DNA of 64,000 bases from a virus. The stretch lies in IMG/VR virus record IMGVR_UViG_3300025400_000011, positions 44,883 to 108,882 of that record. One strand, written 5' to 3'. Position 1 is the stretch's first letter. Each line of letters opens with the position of its first letter. The translations under genes and the position numbers were made by a program. Shown here piece by piece: positions 29,592 through 40,083 of the stretch. The notes under the pieces are model-generated. The model saw only the letters and a list, made by a program, of their open reading frames with translations, searched no databases and had not been told where the DNA came from.

Positions 29592-30581
29592 ATGCCATGG
29601 AACTTTCGTAAAGTAGGTAATAAGACTTGTGCTTATAATAAAGCTACAGGTAAGAAAAAGGGTTGTACAGCTGGCAGCGCTAAAGCCTATAAAGCAGCTT
29701 TATATGCTAATGCTTTAGAAGAAAAAAACACACCTAATAAAATTACTCAAAAGGATGTTATGTCTGGAGTGCGTAAGAGCATGCCACCACCATCTATTAA
29801 ACATAAAGATAAAAAAACTTACGATAGAAAGAAGTTTAAAACTTTTAAAGCATTTTGGGATGAAAACGCAATGGGGTTAGACGGTAGTCAGAAAATTACA
29901 GATGATACTACAGCTACTGCAGAAAGTACAGCTGGTACTTTAGGTTATGGTAGTAGTGATACTACTTATAATACTGAACCAGGTCAAGGCGCACCAAACA
30001 GCCCTATAAAGTATGAAGTTAAAAAGAAAAATGCTGTTATAGACAGTGTAATAGAGTATTTAGAAAAGTTTGTAGATGGGGAAATGCCTAATGAAGGAGA
30101 AGAACTAGAAGCGTTTTTAAGCGATTTAAAACATATGGCTGATGAACTACAAAAAGTAGGTGTTGAGCCAGTAGACATATTAGCTGCTATTGAGTTTCCT
30201 AATATGGCACAGCAGTATCTAATACGCGGACCTTCAGCAAAGGGTAATGCCGGTAAGGGTGCATTAGAAGATCTTAAAGATGTAAGAACTGCTGAAATAT
30301 TAGAAGATGAATCTAATCCAGGCGGTTCAAATGATAATGCTATGCCTTCTCGAGAGATGAGCGAAGATGACGACCCAACTGAACAACAAGCAGGCAATAT
30401 AGGTGAAAACTTTATAGATGGTAAACATCCAGGACGTAAGGGATTAGCAAAAAGATCAGGTGTTAACACTAAAGCTAGTGTAAGCACGCTACGTAATGTT
30501 GCAAAACACTCTTCTGGGGAAAAAGCTCGTATGGCTCATTGGTTAGCTAATATGAAAGCTGGTAAAGCAAAACATCATTAA
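29592..30581 (+). CDS. Mosaic late protein with basic and acidic modules (possible internal head protein)
   Basis: Basic N-terminus, acidic middle, basic C-terminal ENFIDGKHPGRKGLAKRSG...HWLANMKAGK module. Confidence 0.55.
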   Translation: MPWNFRKVGNKTCAYNKATGKKKGCTAGSAKAYKAALYANALEEKNTPNKITQKDVMSGVRKSMPPPSIKHKDKKTYDRKKFKTFKAFWDENAMGLDGSQKITDDTTATAESTAGTLGYGSSDTTYNTEPGQGAPNSPIKYEVKKKNAVIDSVIEYLEKFVDGEMPNEGEELEAFLSDLKHMADELQKVGVEPVDILAAIEFPNMAQQYLIRGPSAKGNAGKGALEDLKDVRTAEILEDESNPGGSNDNAMPSREMSEDDDPTEQQAGNIGENFIDGKHPGRKGLAKRSGVNTKASVSTLRNVAKHSSGEKARMAHWLANMKAGKAKHH

Positions 30582-30621
30582 AATATATTGAAGTTACTAC
30601 TCTTCTGGATAAATAGAAGAT

Positions 30622-31809
30622 ATGGGTAAAAAAGTCGCAATGATTGGTATAGGTAAGCTCGGTAAGGACTGTGCTGAAGTTATGGCTTTAGCGGGTCACG
30701 AAGTTTACGGGTATGACACTAATAAAAACATACAATCCGAACATATAAAGATTGTAGATACTATTAGAGAAGTTATAGAAGGTAAAGACATTATTTTTAT
30801 AGCTGTACCCACACCTCACAACCCTGCTTATGGTGGTGAAACACCTACAAGTCGTTTAGAGCCTAAAGACTTTGATTACACTATTGTTAAAAATGTTTTA
30901 AGACAGGTTAACTTGTGGACTATTGATAAACAACTTATCGTACTCATTAGCACTGTATTGCCCGGTACAGTTAGAAGTCAACTCATAAAACTAATACCTG
31001 ATAAACGCTTTGTATATAACCCGTATCTAATAGCTATGGGTACCATTAAAGAAGATATGGTTAAACCAGAGATGGTTATTATTGGTACAGAAAAAGGCGA
31101 GACATCAGATGATGCTAAAGAGTTGCTCGAGTTTTACAATACAGTTATTGAAAAGGACTATAGAGCAGAAATAGGTACTTGGGATGAAGCAGAGTGTATT
31201 AAAATATTTTATAACACGTTTATTTCTACTAAACTAGCTTTAGTTAATATGATACAAGATGTTGCTGAAAAAAATGGTAATATCAATGTAGATGTTGTTA
31301 CTAAAGCATTAAAAAATAGTGATTACCGTATTATGGGCCCGGCATATATGACTGCTGGTATGGGTGATGGTGGAGCATGTCACCCTAGAGATAATATTGC
31401 TTTACGTTGGTTAGCACAGCGTTTAGAGTTAGGCTACGACTTGTTTGATAGTATAATGACTAGTAGAGAAATACAAGCAGAAAACCTAGCTTTACGGTGT
31501 GTAAAAGAAGGAGAAAAAGTGTGTGTTATAGGTAAAGCTTATAAACCAGACGTGCCTTATACTAACGGTTCATATAGCTTATTAGTTGCATATTATATTG
31601 AGAAACATGGCGGTAAAGTAACTTATTACGATCCTAACACTGGAGACTCTACTTTTGATTTCAAAGCTGATGTTTACTTAATAGGTTACTGGAGCTGGTG
31701 GGTAGACGAAATAGATTTTCCGTATGGTAGTGTAGTTATTGACCCTTGGCGCAAAAACAAAAAATACGACTCTAGAATTAAAATAATACATTACGGTAAC
31801 ACAAGGTGA
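30622..31809 (+). CDS. ugd: UDP-glucose/GDP-mannose 6-dehydrogenase family protein
   Basis: GIGKLG Rossmann; FIAVPTP; STVLPGT; YNP; K.FYN; GDGGACHPRD catalytic Cys; TAAATA 6 nt upstream. Confidence 0.9.
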   Translation: MGKKVAMIGIGKLGKDCAEVMALAGHEVYGYDTNKNIQSEHIKIVDTIREVIEGKDIIFIAVPTPHNPAYGGETPTSRLEPKDFDYTIVKNVLRQVNLWTIDKQLIVLISTVLPGTVRSQLIKLIPDKRFVYNPYLIAMGTIKEDMVKPEMVIIGTEKGETSDDAKELLEFYNTVIEKDYRAEIGTWDEAECIKIFYNTFISTKLALVNMIQDVAEKNGNINVDVVTKALKNSDYRIMGPAYMTAGMGDGGACHPRDNIALRWLAQRLELGYDLFDSIMTSREIQAENLALRCVKEGEKVCVIGKAYKPDVPYTNGSYSLLVAYYIEKHGGKVTYYDPNTGDSTFDFKADVYLIGYWSWWVDEIDFPYGSVVIDPWRKNKKYDSRIKIIHYGNTR

Positions 31810-32027
31810 TCTTAATACGCAGAGCAACTAAAGGTGGTAGAGATTATACCGTTATTATGCTTAAAGGCGAAGAACCTAAGTGGATCTTAACTACTGATTA
31901 TGAACACAGACGTATATTAGAGATTTTTAAACAAGACAAGTTCTATGATGGTATTGAAAATGATTTTTCTGATAAAGATTGGCAAATGTTAATGAGTATA
32001 CCGACCTATAAAAAAGATAAAGAATGA
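31806..32027 (+). CDS. Hypothetical protein
   Basis: 73-aa ORF overlapping both neighbours by 4 nt. Confidence 0.55.
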   Translation: MILIRRATKGGRDYTVIMLKGEEPKWILTTDYEHRRILEIFKQDKFYDGIENDFSDKDWQMLMSIPTYKKDKE

Positions 32028-32782
32028 AAAACTTAATAGTAGTAGGTGACAGTCAAGCAGCAGGGTTCACTGAAGATAGTGGTACAATGAAGAGTTATGG
32101 GCAGTGGCTAGCTGAGTACAACAACCTACAGCTATTTAACTTTAGTAAACCCGGTGTAGATAATACTTTTATTAAACGTAGTCTGCTCTCAAATATAGGT
32201 AAGTTTAAACAAGAAGAAACATTCGTTATATTTCATACAGCTCCGTTCACAAGAAGATTGTTCTGGTTTGATGAAAACAAACCTATTGATAAAAGCGATC
32301 ATATATGGTATCCAAGCTTTACAGGAAATGATAGTAAAGGATGGTACCGCTCTAAGGGTAACGCTAGAGGCAAAAAAGGAGTGAAGACAGCTGTAAATAT
32401 TACCGATCACAAGAACGTATTCGGTAATCATTACTTTGATGTATATTATCATACATATTTTTCTTTGCTTGAATCTTACGGGGATACATTAGATGCTTTA
32501 TTATCCGTACAGGACTATTTAAACAACAGAAACTACAAGTATCTATTCGTTTTAAACAACAAGAATCTACTTAAAGAAAGTGTACCACACAAAGAAGAGT
32601 TTTGTTATGCTTTAGATAACTTGGATTACACTAAGTTTCTTTTTCAAGATAAAGGATTTGATGATTTTATTCTTATTAACAAATATACTGTTACAGAGAC
32701 AGATTATCATGCTAGTGCAAAAGGGCATGAAGAATATAGCAAGTTAGTTCAAGAACATATTACTAAACATAACTTGATTTAA
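32024..32782 (+). CDS. SGNH/GDSL-like protein
   Basis: VVGDS, G..N and DYH...GH motifs. Confidence 0.65.
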   Translation: MKNLIVVGDSQAAGFTEDSGTMKSYGQWLAEYNNLQLFNFSKPGVDNTFIKRSLLSNIGKFKQEETFVIFHTAPFTRRLFWFDENKPIDKSDHIWYPSFTGNDSKGWYRSKGNARGKKGVKTAVNITDHKNVFGNHYFDVYYHTYFSLLESYGDTLDALLSVQDYLNNRNYKYLFVLNNKNLLKESVPHKEEFCYALDNLDYTKFLFQDKGFDDFILINKYTVTETDYHASAKGHEEYSKLVQEHITKHNLI

Positions 32783-32801
32783 TAATAATAGTTCTTATAA
32801 T
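32774..32801 (+). promoter_or_regulatory. Sigma70-like promoter TTGATT-N16-TATAAT
   Basis: ATG 32809 is 7 nt after the -10 box. Confidence 0.65.
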
Positions 32802-32808
32802 ACTACAT

Positions 32809-33111
32809 ATGGCAACTAAAAACAATCCATCTAAACTACACCCTGAAGTTCTAAAGTTATATGGTTCACCTATATACCGTAGGAAGATTAAACGTATTGT
32901 TGAGACTGCAAAGACTTTCCATAATATGATAGGTAAAAAGGTACCTAATCGTGTCAAACTTAATAAGCATAATCCAACTGATAAAGAACTGCAAGATTTT
33001 AATAAAAAAAATGCAATAAAGTTAGATAAAGAATGTCTACATTATTTTGCACAACCTAACGATCCAAGTCAGGAACGTAGACTTGCAAGACCACAAACAC
33101 CTATACAATAA
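32809..33111 (+). CDS. Small basic hypothetical protein
   Basis: 100-aa Lys-rich ORF after promoter. Confidence 0.6.
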   Translation: MATKNNPSKLHPEVLKLYGSPIYRRKIKRIVETAKTFHNMIGKKVPNRVKLNKHNPTDKELQDFNKKNAIKLDKECLHYFAQPNDPSQERRLARPQTPIQ

Positions 33112-33113
33112 GC

Positions 33114-33148
33114 TTGCATAACAACAAGTAAGGTACCATAATGTACCT
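33114..33148 (+). promoter_or_regulatory. Sigma70-like promoter TTGCAT-N17-CATAAT, -10 forming the loop of AGGTAC/GTACCT
   Basis: ATG 33149 follows the right arm directly. Confidence 0.7.
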
Positions 33149-33694
33149 ATGAACATTGATCCTAACATTATTGCCGTATCTAAAGACGGCAAATACGTTT
33201 ATCCGGTAGATCATATCTCTGGACATAAAACGTTTGCTCCTATTGATTACTTCAAAAAGACTGTCACTGAGAAATATGGTGGCAGTGTTGAAAGGTTCGT
33301 TAAAGAGTACATTACAAGAGAAACTAAAAAATATTTAGCAGCTGGCTATACACCGGAACAAATTAAGGATCTTGCTTCTAAATGTAAAGGTAACAAATTA
33401 CCTAAGATTAATGTTAAGCTAAAACCACACCCAAATGCACCTAAAAAAGAAAGACGTAAGCGATTAGCTTCTCATGCAGAGACATCTAAACTAGTAGTTA
33501 ATGAAGACGGGGTAGAAGAAAGAGTTCGTACTTACCCCTGGACTGGTAATCCAGATTATTTTAGAAGTGAAAAATCTTATATAGATTTAGCAGAAACTTC
33601 TAAAGAAGCTTGCTTAATGCCTCATATCTATCTTGATGATGAATGTAACGGTTGTAAGTATTACGAAATTTGCCAATGCCCTCTGAAACAATAA
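33149..33694 (+). CDS. Hypothetical protein with C-terminal Cys cluster
   Basis: C....P...L...CNGCKYYEICQC; N-terminal domain resembles 35208..35483. Confidence 0.65.
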   Translation: MNIDPNIIAVSKDGKYVYPVDHISGHKTFAPIDYFKKTVTEKYGGSVERFVKEYITRETKKYLAAGYTPEQIKDLASKCKGNKLPKINVKLKPHPNAPKKERRKRLASHAETSKLVVNEDGVEERVRTYPWTGNPDYFRSEKSYIDLAETSKEACLMPHIYLDDECNGCKYYEICQCPLKQ

Positions 33695-34206
33695 ACATAT
33701 TCGTCGATTTAGACGAAACTCTAATTCATACTCTTGGTATGAAAACCATTGCAGGAGATCTTGGTAATGAATCTAATCTTTGCGATACACCTGTAACTAT
33801 AAGCTTAAGCAAAAAAGAACAATACGTAACAATATTGCGACCTGGTGCTAATTATCTGTTATTTGCTTTAAGAGACTTTGGTAAACTTTATATGCTTACA
33901 AGAGCTCATAAAGATTATGCTATAGCAATGAACAAAGCTTTTAACTTTGGTTTTAATGAAGATAAAATATTTGATAGGAAATTTATTGAGAAACCAAAAT
34001 ATAACACACCGACAGGTGTAGCGCATGGTAGAAACTTTCTTATTGATGACTTAGACGTTAAAGATAATTTCGAGAAGATAACCTTTATTAAAAGATTTGG
34101 TAAAAGTGGTTATATTCAAATACCTGCTTTTTACGGTAATAAAGAAGAAGGTATAACACATAGTTTAATAAGCGATATTATAGACGATATTAAATCAAAT
34201 GCCTAA
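33676..34206 (+). CDS. HAD-superfamily (FCP1/NIF-like) phosphatase
   Basis: VDLDETL...LRPG...LIDD; ATG 33676 preferred over TTG 33670. Confidence 0.75.
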   Translation: MPSETINIFVDLDETLIHTLGMKTIAGDLGNESNLCDTPVTISLSKKEQYVTILRPGANYLLFALRDFGKLYMLTRAHKDYAIAMNKAFNFGFNEDKIFDRKFIEKPKYNTPTGVAHGRNFLIDDLDVKDNFEKITFIKRFGKSGYIQIPAFYGNKEEGITHSLISDIIDDIKSNA

Positions 34207-34834
34207 GCTCTCTATATTAGTTTGCACGCTTAACTCCCGTAAACCGTTTTTTGATGTTATTAACAAAAAGATCAAAAGACAGTTAACACCTGATGTTGAG
34301 TGTCTTACATACTGTGATAACGGGGAAATAACTATTGGTGCTAAAAGAGAAGTCCTTAAACATCAAGCAACAGGGGATTATATTGTTTATGTAGATGATG
34401 ATGATCGTATTAGTCGTTATTATGTTCGTAATATATTAGAAGCTATTAATAATAAATACGGGTATCAACCAGATTCAATAGGTATAAGAGGTTTTCAGAC
34501 TTCTGATTTAAAAGACTTAAAGTACTTTGAGTGCTCGTCTTTACATAAAGGTAAAAAGTGGAGCACAGTACATAACGGTATAGTTCTCAAACCTACTAAC
34601 CATATTAACCCAGTAAAAAGAGAAATAGCATTAAAATGTCCTTTTCCTGATTTGTATTACGGAGAAGATAAGTTCTATTCAGAAGCATTAAAACCTTTAA
34701 TAATAACCGAAATAATGGCTGATGGTTGGTTGTATTGGTATGATTATAGACCTAATAACTCTGAATCCGTGAGAATGGATATTATTGATAAGAATAAAGG
34801 TTTAAAGTTATTACACGCTGCTGGATTTGAATAA
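34199..34834 (+). CDS. Glycosyltransferase family 2
   Basis: LSILVCT...IGAKR...GDYIVYVDDDD...GED. Confidence 0.85.
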   Translation: MPKLSILVCTLNSRKPFFDVINKKIKRQLTPDVECLTYCDNGEITIGAKREVLKHQATGDYIVYVDDDDRISRYYVRNILEAINNKYGYQPDSIGIRGFQTSDLKDLKYFECSSLHKGKKWSTVHNGIVLKPTNHINPVKREIALKCPFPDLYYGEDKFYSEALKPLIITEIMADGWLYWYDYRPNNSESVRMDIIDKNKGLKLLHAAGFE

Positions 34835-34854
34835 GAGGTTGAGTAAGTGTTGTT

Positions 34855-35184
34855 ATGAAATCTAAGAATGATAAATTTACAACACCTGAAGCACCTACAC
34901 CGAGGAAAGATTACGACCCTAAAAGCTTTCCAAATCCAGACATGGTACATGTCTTAAAAACTAATAAAGTAGACGTACGCTTTAAAAAAGACGGTCAAGA
35001 TTTGTTGTTATGGTGTAACTATTCAAAACTTAATAAAGATAAGCCTGGTCAAGGTTTAGAGGTTTGGGGTAGATCGCAAAATATTATTGAGCACATCACT
35101 CGTACGGTATTATCATTTTACCCACGAGCTGAGGTTACTTCTCAAAATATGAACGCAAACATAGTTTTTAGATTGAACTCTTAA
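34855..35184 (+). CDS. Hypothetical protein
   Basis: 109-aa ORF; TAAGTG 5 nt upstream. Confidence 0.6.
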   Translation: MKSKNDKFTTPEAPTPRKDYDPKSFPNPDMVHVLKTNKVDVRFKKDGQDLLLWCNYSKLNKDKPGQGLEVWGRSQNIIEHITRTVLSFYPRAEVTSQNMNANIVFRLNS

Positions 35185-35207
35185 TATATCTTAATAAGTC
35201 CTTTATT

Positions 35208-35483
35208 ATGGAAGATACAATTAATCAATCCACCGTTCAGTCAGCAACTAAAAAACGTCGTGCTCCATCCGCTAAAAGAGCCGCTACTAAGGTACAAAAA
35301 GAACAATCTCGCGGATTTCCTCTACCGTTATATCTTACTTGCCCAGTAACGAATAAAACCAACAAATACACATCTTTAGCATATATTCGTAAACTTATTG
35401 CAAAGCATGGCACTATAGAAAACGTTAAAAAAACATACGTTTCTACAGAGGGCAAAAAGCTACAAAATAATAAACAAAGTTAA
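35208..35483 (+). CDS. Small basic hypothetical protein
   Basis: 91 aa; LTCPVT...KHGTIENVKKTYVSTEGKK. Confidence 0.65.
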   Translation: MEDTINQSTVQSATKKRRAPSAKRAATKVQKEQSRGFPLPLYLTCPVTNKTNKYTSLAYIRKLIAKHGTIENVKKTYVSTEGKKLQNNKQS

Positions 35484-35517
35484 TGCAGATTTAAGGTCTT
35501 TTGGATAAGTATACATA

Positions 35518-35829
35518 ATGAGCTTATCAGCAGTACCAGTAAATAAGGTTGGCAGTCTAGTATGTAACCAACTGGCCTTTTTGTATGATGGTAGCGGTAA
35601 TGTTAATGCTGCCTATTTAAATGCAGGTGATTACACGCCTATTATTATTAATGCAACAGGCGGTACACCTGGTGCAGTTTATACAGTAGTTGCAGGTGTA
35701 AGTGCATCTGTTAACTTAGCGGCTGGTACGTTATCAGCTGGTAATGTAGTAGGTATTTCGGCTTATTACAATCCTACAAAACCAGGTTGGCCAAATTACA
35801 CAAAATACAGCACATACACTGCATCTTAA
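35518..35829 (+). CDS. Small putative virion protein
   Basis: Ala/Gly/Val/Thr-rich; TAAGTA 6 nt upstream. Confidence 0.6.
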   Translation: MSLSAVPVNKVGSLVCNQLAFLYDGSGNVNAAYLNAGDYTPIIINATGGTPGAVYTVVAGVSASVNLAAGTLSAGNVVGISAYYNPTKPGWPNYTKYSTYTAS

Positions 35830-35849
35830 TTTTGTAAATATATACAACC

Positions 35850-36113
35850 ATGGCATCAAATTATACAGTAACTGGACACGGCGATTTAGATACGATCTTT
35901 AACCCGGTCACCGCTACTAATCACGGACCAAATGCCCCTACTACTGGCTTTAAAGTTGGTGCACAAGACTTAGCTGCTCGTTATGCAGGTTCTAATAACC
36001 AATCATTCGACGTTATTACGTACAATACTACCTTTTATTCACAAAGCAAAGCTTTAATCAATGGTAGTCAAACTGGTGACTTAAGGTACATTTTCCAGAA
36101 AATAGGTTATTAA
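35850..36113 (+). CDS. Small putative virion protein
   Basis: 87 aa with repeated GDL..IF motif; TAAATA 9 nt upstream. Confidence 0.6.
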   Translation: MASNYTVTGHGDLDTIFNPVTATNHGPNAPTTGFKVGAQDLAARYAGSNNQSFDVITYNTTFYSQSKALINGSQTGDLRYIFQKIGY

Positions 36114-36119
36114 TATATC

Positions 36120-36160
36120 TTGATCTTTAAGGGCGATAGGTTAATTAACTTTAACCTATT
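36120..36160 (+). promoter_or_regulatory. TTGATC -35-like element followed by 9-bp inverted repeat ATAGGTTAA/TTAACCTAT just before the start codon
   Basis: IR at 36136-36144 / 36151-36159; ATG 36161. Confidence 0.45.
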
Positions 36161-38002
36161 ATGAGCGAGAAAACCAGCCCATCCCCATTAACTGATTCTA
36201 GTATTAGTAGTTTAGAGTTAGAACTTTTACAGCCAGCAGAGCCAGTAAAAGAAGTACAGAGAATAAGCAAAGAGGATATTACTTTTGTTATTCCTGTATA
36301 TAAGTTAAAAGCTACAAGGCTTAAAAACTTTATGTTTATACTGCCGTATATTGCGGCAACAAAGTGTAAGGTCATCGTTGCAGAACAAACAGATGAACCA
36401 ACACCATCAGGTATACCTGAGCTTATTAAGTCTTTAGATAATGTAAAGTATGTAATGTGGCCCAAGAAGTTCGATGAAGATGTACCAAAGAGGTTTCATC
36501 GCACTGCTTTAATAAACTACATTACTCAGTTTCATATTGATACTAAATGGGTATGGGTCAACAATGCAGATGTACATTTAAAATGGGAAAAGCTGTTTAC
36601 TTGGTTAGACCCAGTTTATGATTTTATCCAGCCTTACAACGAGTGTAAGATGGTAGATGAAGAAACCACTACAAAGTTAGTTAATGGACAAAAGGTAGAG
36701 CTTCATTTTACTGATCCGTTAGGGGAGTATGAAAACTGCTATGGGGATCATTCTTTCTTATACCGTAAACAACGCTTCTTAGATGAAGGTGGTATGGATG
36801 AGAACTTTATTGGTTCTCGTTATGAAGGCTTAGACCTATACAGGATGATGATTCTTAAGAATATACCTATTCAAAAGATTAAAGCACCTGCTGCTCATCT
36901 ATGGCACGAAATAGATGTAGATGAGTATAATATGATTAGTAGTTTACACTTTGTTAAGTTAGAAGCAAAGTTTAGTAATGAAGCTAAATCATTAGAAACT
37001 ATAGATATTAAGTTCTTAAAAGAGTGGCGTAAAAAGAAACCTACATTGCGTCACCGTAATGATATGGCTGTTATTACAAGTCATTTTAACTGGGCTGGTT
37101 ACAAGCGTCCTAAAGCTAACTTAATGCGGTTTCTACGCTATATGGAATCGCAACAGATTCCAGTATACGGGGTAGAGGTATCATTATCAGATAGCTTTAC
37201 CACGGAAGGTAATGATAACTGGTTACGTATTAAAGGTGACCAAAATAATATCTTATTCCAGAAAGAATGTTTATTAAACTTAGCAGAAAAAATGGTACCT
37301 GAAAAGTACACCAAGATTGCTTGGTTTGATCACGATGTGTTTTTAGACAATAACTCCTGGTATGATGAAACTTCATTTGCACTAGACCACAATCAAATCG
37401 TACAAGTATTTGATACATGTTACTGGACCACTGAAACAGGTACTATTGGTAAATCGTTAGAAGCAATGTGCAAATGTCCTCCAAGGGAAGAACGCTGGAC
37501 CGGGCACCCTGGCTTTGGTATAGCTGCTAAGAGAACAATGTGGCATCCAGAAATAGGCGGGTTATATCCTTATTGTCCATTAGGTCATGGTGATACTACA
37601 TTCATGTATAGTATCTTCGAAGTACCTATAGGTGTTCACACTCAAATAGGTATTGGATTAAATAACTGCCCTGATTACATACCTTATCACAAATGGTATA
37701 ACAATATTATAGACTTTGCTGCAGGAGCACCAATCGGTTCAGGTGAAGGTAAAGGTGCTAAAAAGCTTGTATCATATGTACAGGGTAACTGCTTCCATGA
37801 ATGGCATGGCGATATATTCAATCGTAGCTATGTAGATAGAGCTTTCTTAATGACTTGGTACAATCCTGAAAAACATATCTTTATTAATGAGAAAGGTATA
37901 TTAGAATTACGTAATGTACCTGAAACTTGGTTAAAGATGATACAAAAGTACTTCTTTGATAGACGAGAAGATGGATGCATATTGAAAGGAATTCCACAAT
38001 GA
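36161..38002 (+). CDS. Two-domain GT-A-fold glycosyltransferase-like protein
   Basis: TFVIPVY...NADV...GGMDENFIG (GT2/GT7-like); second domain FQKECLLNLA...KIAWFDHDV...HEWHG. Confidence 0.7.
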   Translation: MSEKTSPSPLTDSSISSLELELLQPAEPVKEVQRISKEDITFVIPVYKLKATRLKNFMFILPYIAATKCKVIVAEQTDEPTPSGIPELIKSLDNVKYVMWPKKFDEDVPKRFHRTALINYITQFHIDTKWVWVNNADVHLKWEKLFTWLDPVYDFIQPYNECKMVDEETTTKLVNGQKVELHFTDPLGEYENCYGDHSFLYRKQRFLDEGGMDENFIGSRYEGLDLYRMMILKNIPIQKIKAPAAHLWHEIDVDEYNMISSLHFVKLEAKFSNEAKSLETIDIKFLKEWRKKKPTLRHRNDMAVITSHFNWAGYKRPKANLMRFLRYMESQQIPVYGVEVSLSDSFTTEGNDNWLRIKGDQNNILFQKECLLNLAEKMVPEKYTKIAWFDHDVFLDNNSWYDETSFALDHNQIVQVFDTCYWTTETGTIGKSLEAMCKCPPREERWTGHPGFGIAAKRTMWHPEIGGLYPYCPLGHGDTTFMYSIFEVPIGVHTQIGIGLNNCPDYIPYHKWYNNIIDFAAGAPIGSGEGKGAKKLVSYVQGNCFHEWHGDIFNRSYVDRAFLMTWYNPEKHIFINEKGILELRNVPETWLKMIQKYFFDRREDGCILKGIPQ

Positions 38003-38613
38003 GTAGACAACCCACATACACGCTAGATACTTTTACTAAACATATACCTACTTGGGAACGAGTATTAGATGAACCATATAGACAGACCTTTATTAATACC
38101 CCTACCAATATATTAGATATTGGTGCAGCAGAAGGGGCAGCAACTATATGGTTCGCTGAAAATCTTATTAGTAACCCTAAGTCAAAGGTTTACAGTGTTG
38201 ATAGTTGGTGGCAAAAAGAACTCGAAAAGAAGTTTGATGCTAATGTTTCAGATAGTGGCCTCTCATACAGAGTAATAAAACAAAAAGGTAGTATACCGCA
38301 CATTCTTAGTGAACTCGTTGTTAAGCAAACAGGCTGGAACAAGTTCGGTGTTATACATTACAACTATAGCACTAACACTATAGATGCTCTTAATATTATC
38401 ACTACATGTTTTAACCTACTTTTAAGGGATGATGGTATTTTAGTTATTAATAACTACGACACCACACATAAAATTAACCTATTAGGCGGTACTGCAGTGC
38501 ATTATAGAGAAGCACTAGAGTTTTTAAAGAGAGTGTATGCAGGTAGATATGAAGTGTTAGTTGCAGATAAGCTTTTGATACTTAAAAAGCTATCACCAGA
38601 ACAAATACTATAA
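37999..38613 (+). CDS. Class I SAM-dependent methyltransferase-like protein
   Basis: ILDIGAAEGAATIW...VYSVDSW...GILVINNY; ATG 37999 overlaps upstream stop (ATGA). Confidence 0.7.
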   Translation: MSRQPTYTLDTFTKHIPTWERVLDEPYRQTFINTPTNILDIGAAEGAATIWFAENLISNPKSKVYSVDSWWQKELEKKFDANVSDSGLSYRVIKQKGSIPHILSELVVKQTGWNKFGVIHYNYSTNTIDALNIITTCFNLLLRDDGILVINNYDTTHKINLLGGTAVHYREALEFLKRVYAGRYEVLVADKLLILKKLSPEQIL

Positions 38614-40082
38614 TGGAAAATAAAATCATATGGGGTGCATCTGGTTTATCCCACGATGCTGCATTATCTGTAATAAAAGACGGTAAACTTGTATTTGCGT
38701 CTTCATCAGAACGCTATTCTCGTGTTAAAAATGATCTTAACTTTGACCCACTTTTAATAAGAGATGCATTAGAGTTTGGTAAACCAGACGTTATAGTATG
38801 GTACGAAAAGCCTTTTAAAAAGTTCTTAAGACGGTTAGTTGTAGATAAACTTTGGCAACCATATAGTGTAAAAGACGTATTTAAGAAGCACGAAGTACAA
38901 GCACCCATACAGTACGTAGATCATCATTTATCGCATCTATGTGCATCTCTATATACTGCACCATTTAACACGGATAAAACATTAGGATTAGTAGTGGATT
39001 CAGTAGGAGAGTTTGATACACTAACTGTGTGGGACATAGATAACGGTAAATACAAATGCATTGATAAGAGAAAATATCCAAACTCATTAGGTTTGTTTTA
39101 TTCTTCTATTACAGACTTGTTAGGTTTAAAAGCTCAAGAAGAAGAATATATTATGATGGGTATGGCAGCTTATGGTACCAATAACTATAAGAAATACTAT
39201 AACTTTTTTTTAGAAAACTTATTTGATAACGATTGTAACTTAGTTATTGATTTACGTAGAGGTTGTAGAGGTTTATTAACTAAAGAAGAAGTAGAAGCTA
39301 ATAAGTTTGATATTGCTTTAGCTGCTCAAAAAATATACGAAGATATTGTAGTAGACATTACAAAAGAGTATCTTGCTAAAACAGGTTATAAAAAGCTTAT
39401 ACTGTCTGGTGGTTGTGCACTTAACTGTACAGCTAATACTTTTCTATTAGAGTTAGTAGATGATATGTGGATATTTCCTAATCCAGGAGATTCTGGTTCT
39501 GCAGTAGGTGCTGCTCTAGCCTATTACAATCAACCGGTAGAAATGCGCAATCTCTATCTTGGTCATGATGCTCAATCTAGTGTTGATATAGATGAACTAG
39601 TAAACTATTTAGATACTAACAAAATGGCCGGTGTAATATATGGTAAAGCAGAGTTTGGTCCAAGAGCATTAGGACATCGTTCTATTTTAGCAGACCCTAG
39701 AGTACACAATATTAAAGATATTGTTAATGAAGTAAAAGGACGTGAAAAGTTTAGACCGTTTGCTCCTATTGTATTAAAAGAGCATTTTAACGAAATATTC
39801 TATAATAAGGGTACGAGTGATTCTTATCCTTACATGCAGTACACTCATATGTGTAAACGTCCAGATGTATATCCAGGTATAGTACACGTTGATGGTAGTT
39901 CTCGAGTACAAACAGTAGACGTAAACACTCCTTTTATACACCAAGTGCTTAAAAAGTGGTACGATAAGACCGGTTGTCCTATTTTACTTAATACAAGTTT
40001 AAACATAAAAGGTAGACCTTTACTTAATAGTAGAGAAGATATAAAAGAGTTTGGCCATACTAAACTAAAAATATTTGGCTAA
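38613..40082 (+). CDS. Carbamoyltransferase (NodU/CmcH/TobZ family)
   Basis: HDAA...ERYSR.K; HHLSH; GGCALNC; EFGPRALGHRSILADP; KGRE.FRPFAP; LLNTSLN. Confidence 0.92.
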   Translation: MENKIIWGASGLSHDAALSVIKDGKLVFASSSERYSRVKNDLNFDPLLIRDALEFGKPDVIVWYEKPFKKFLRRLVVDKLWQPYSVKDVFKKHEVQAPIQYVDHHLSHLCASLYTAPFNTDKTLGLVVDSVGEFDTLTVWDIDNGKYKCIDKRKYPNSLGLFYSSITDLLGLKAQEEEYIMMGMAAYGTNNYKKYYNFFLENLFDNDCNLVIDLRRGCRGLLTKEEVEANKFDIALAAQKIYEDIVVDITKEYLAKTGYKKLILSGGCALNCTANTFLLELVDDMWIFPNPGDSGSAVGAALAYYNQPVEMRNLYLGHDAQSSVDIDELVNYLDTNKMAGVIYGKAEFGPRALGHRSILADPRVHNIKDIVNEVKGREKFRPFAPIVLKEHFNEIFYNKGTSDSYPYMQYTHMCKRPDVYPGIVHVDGSSRVQTVDVNTPFIHQVLKKWYDKTGCPILLNTSLNIKGRPLLNSREDIKEFGHTKLKIFG

Positions 40083-40083
40083 T

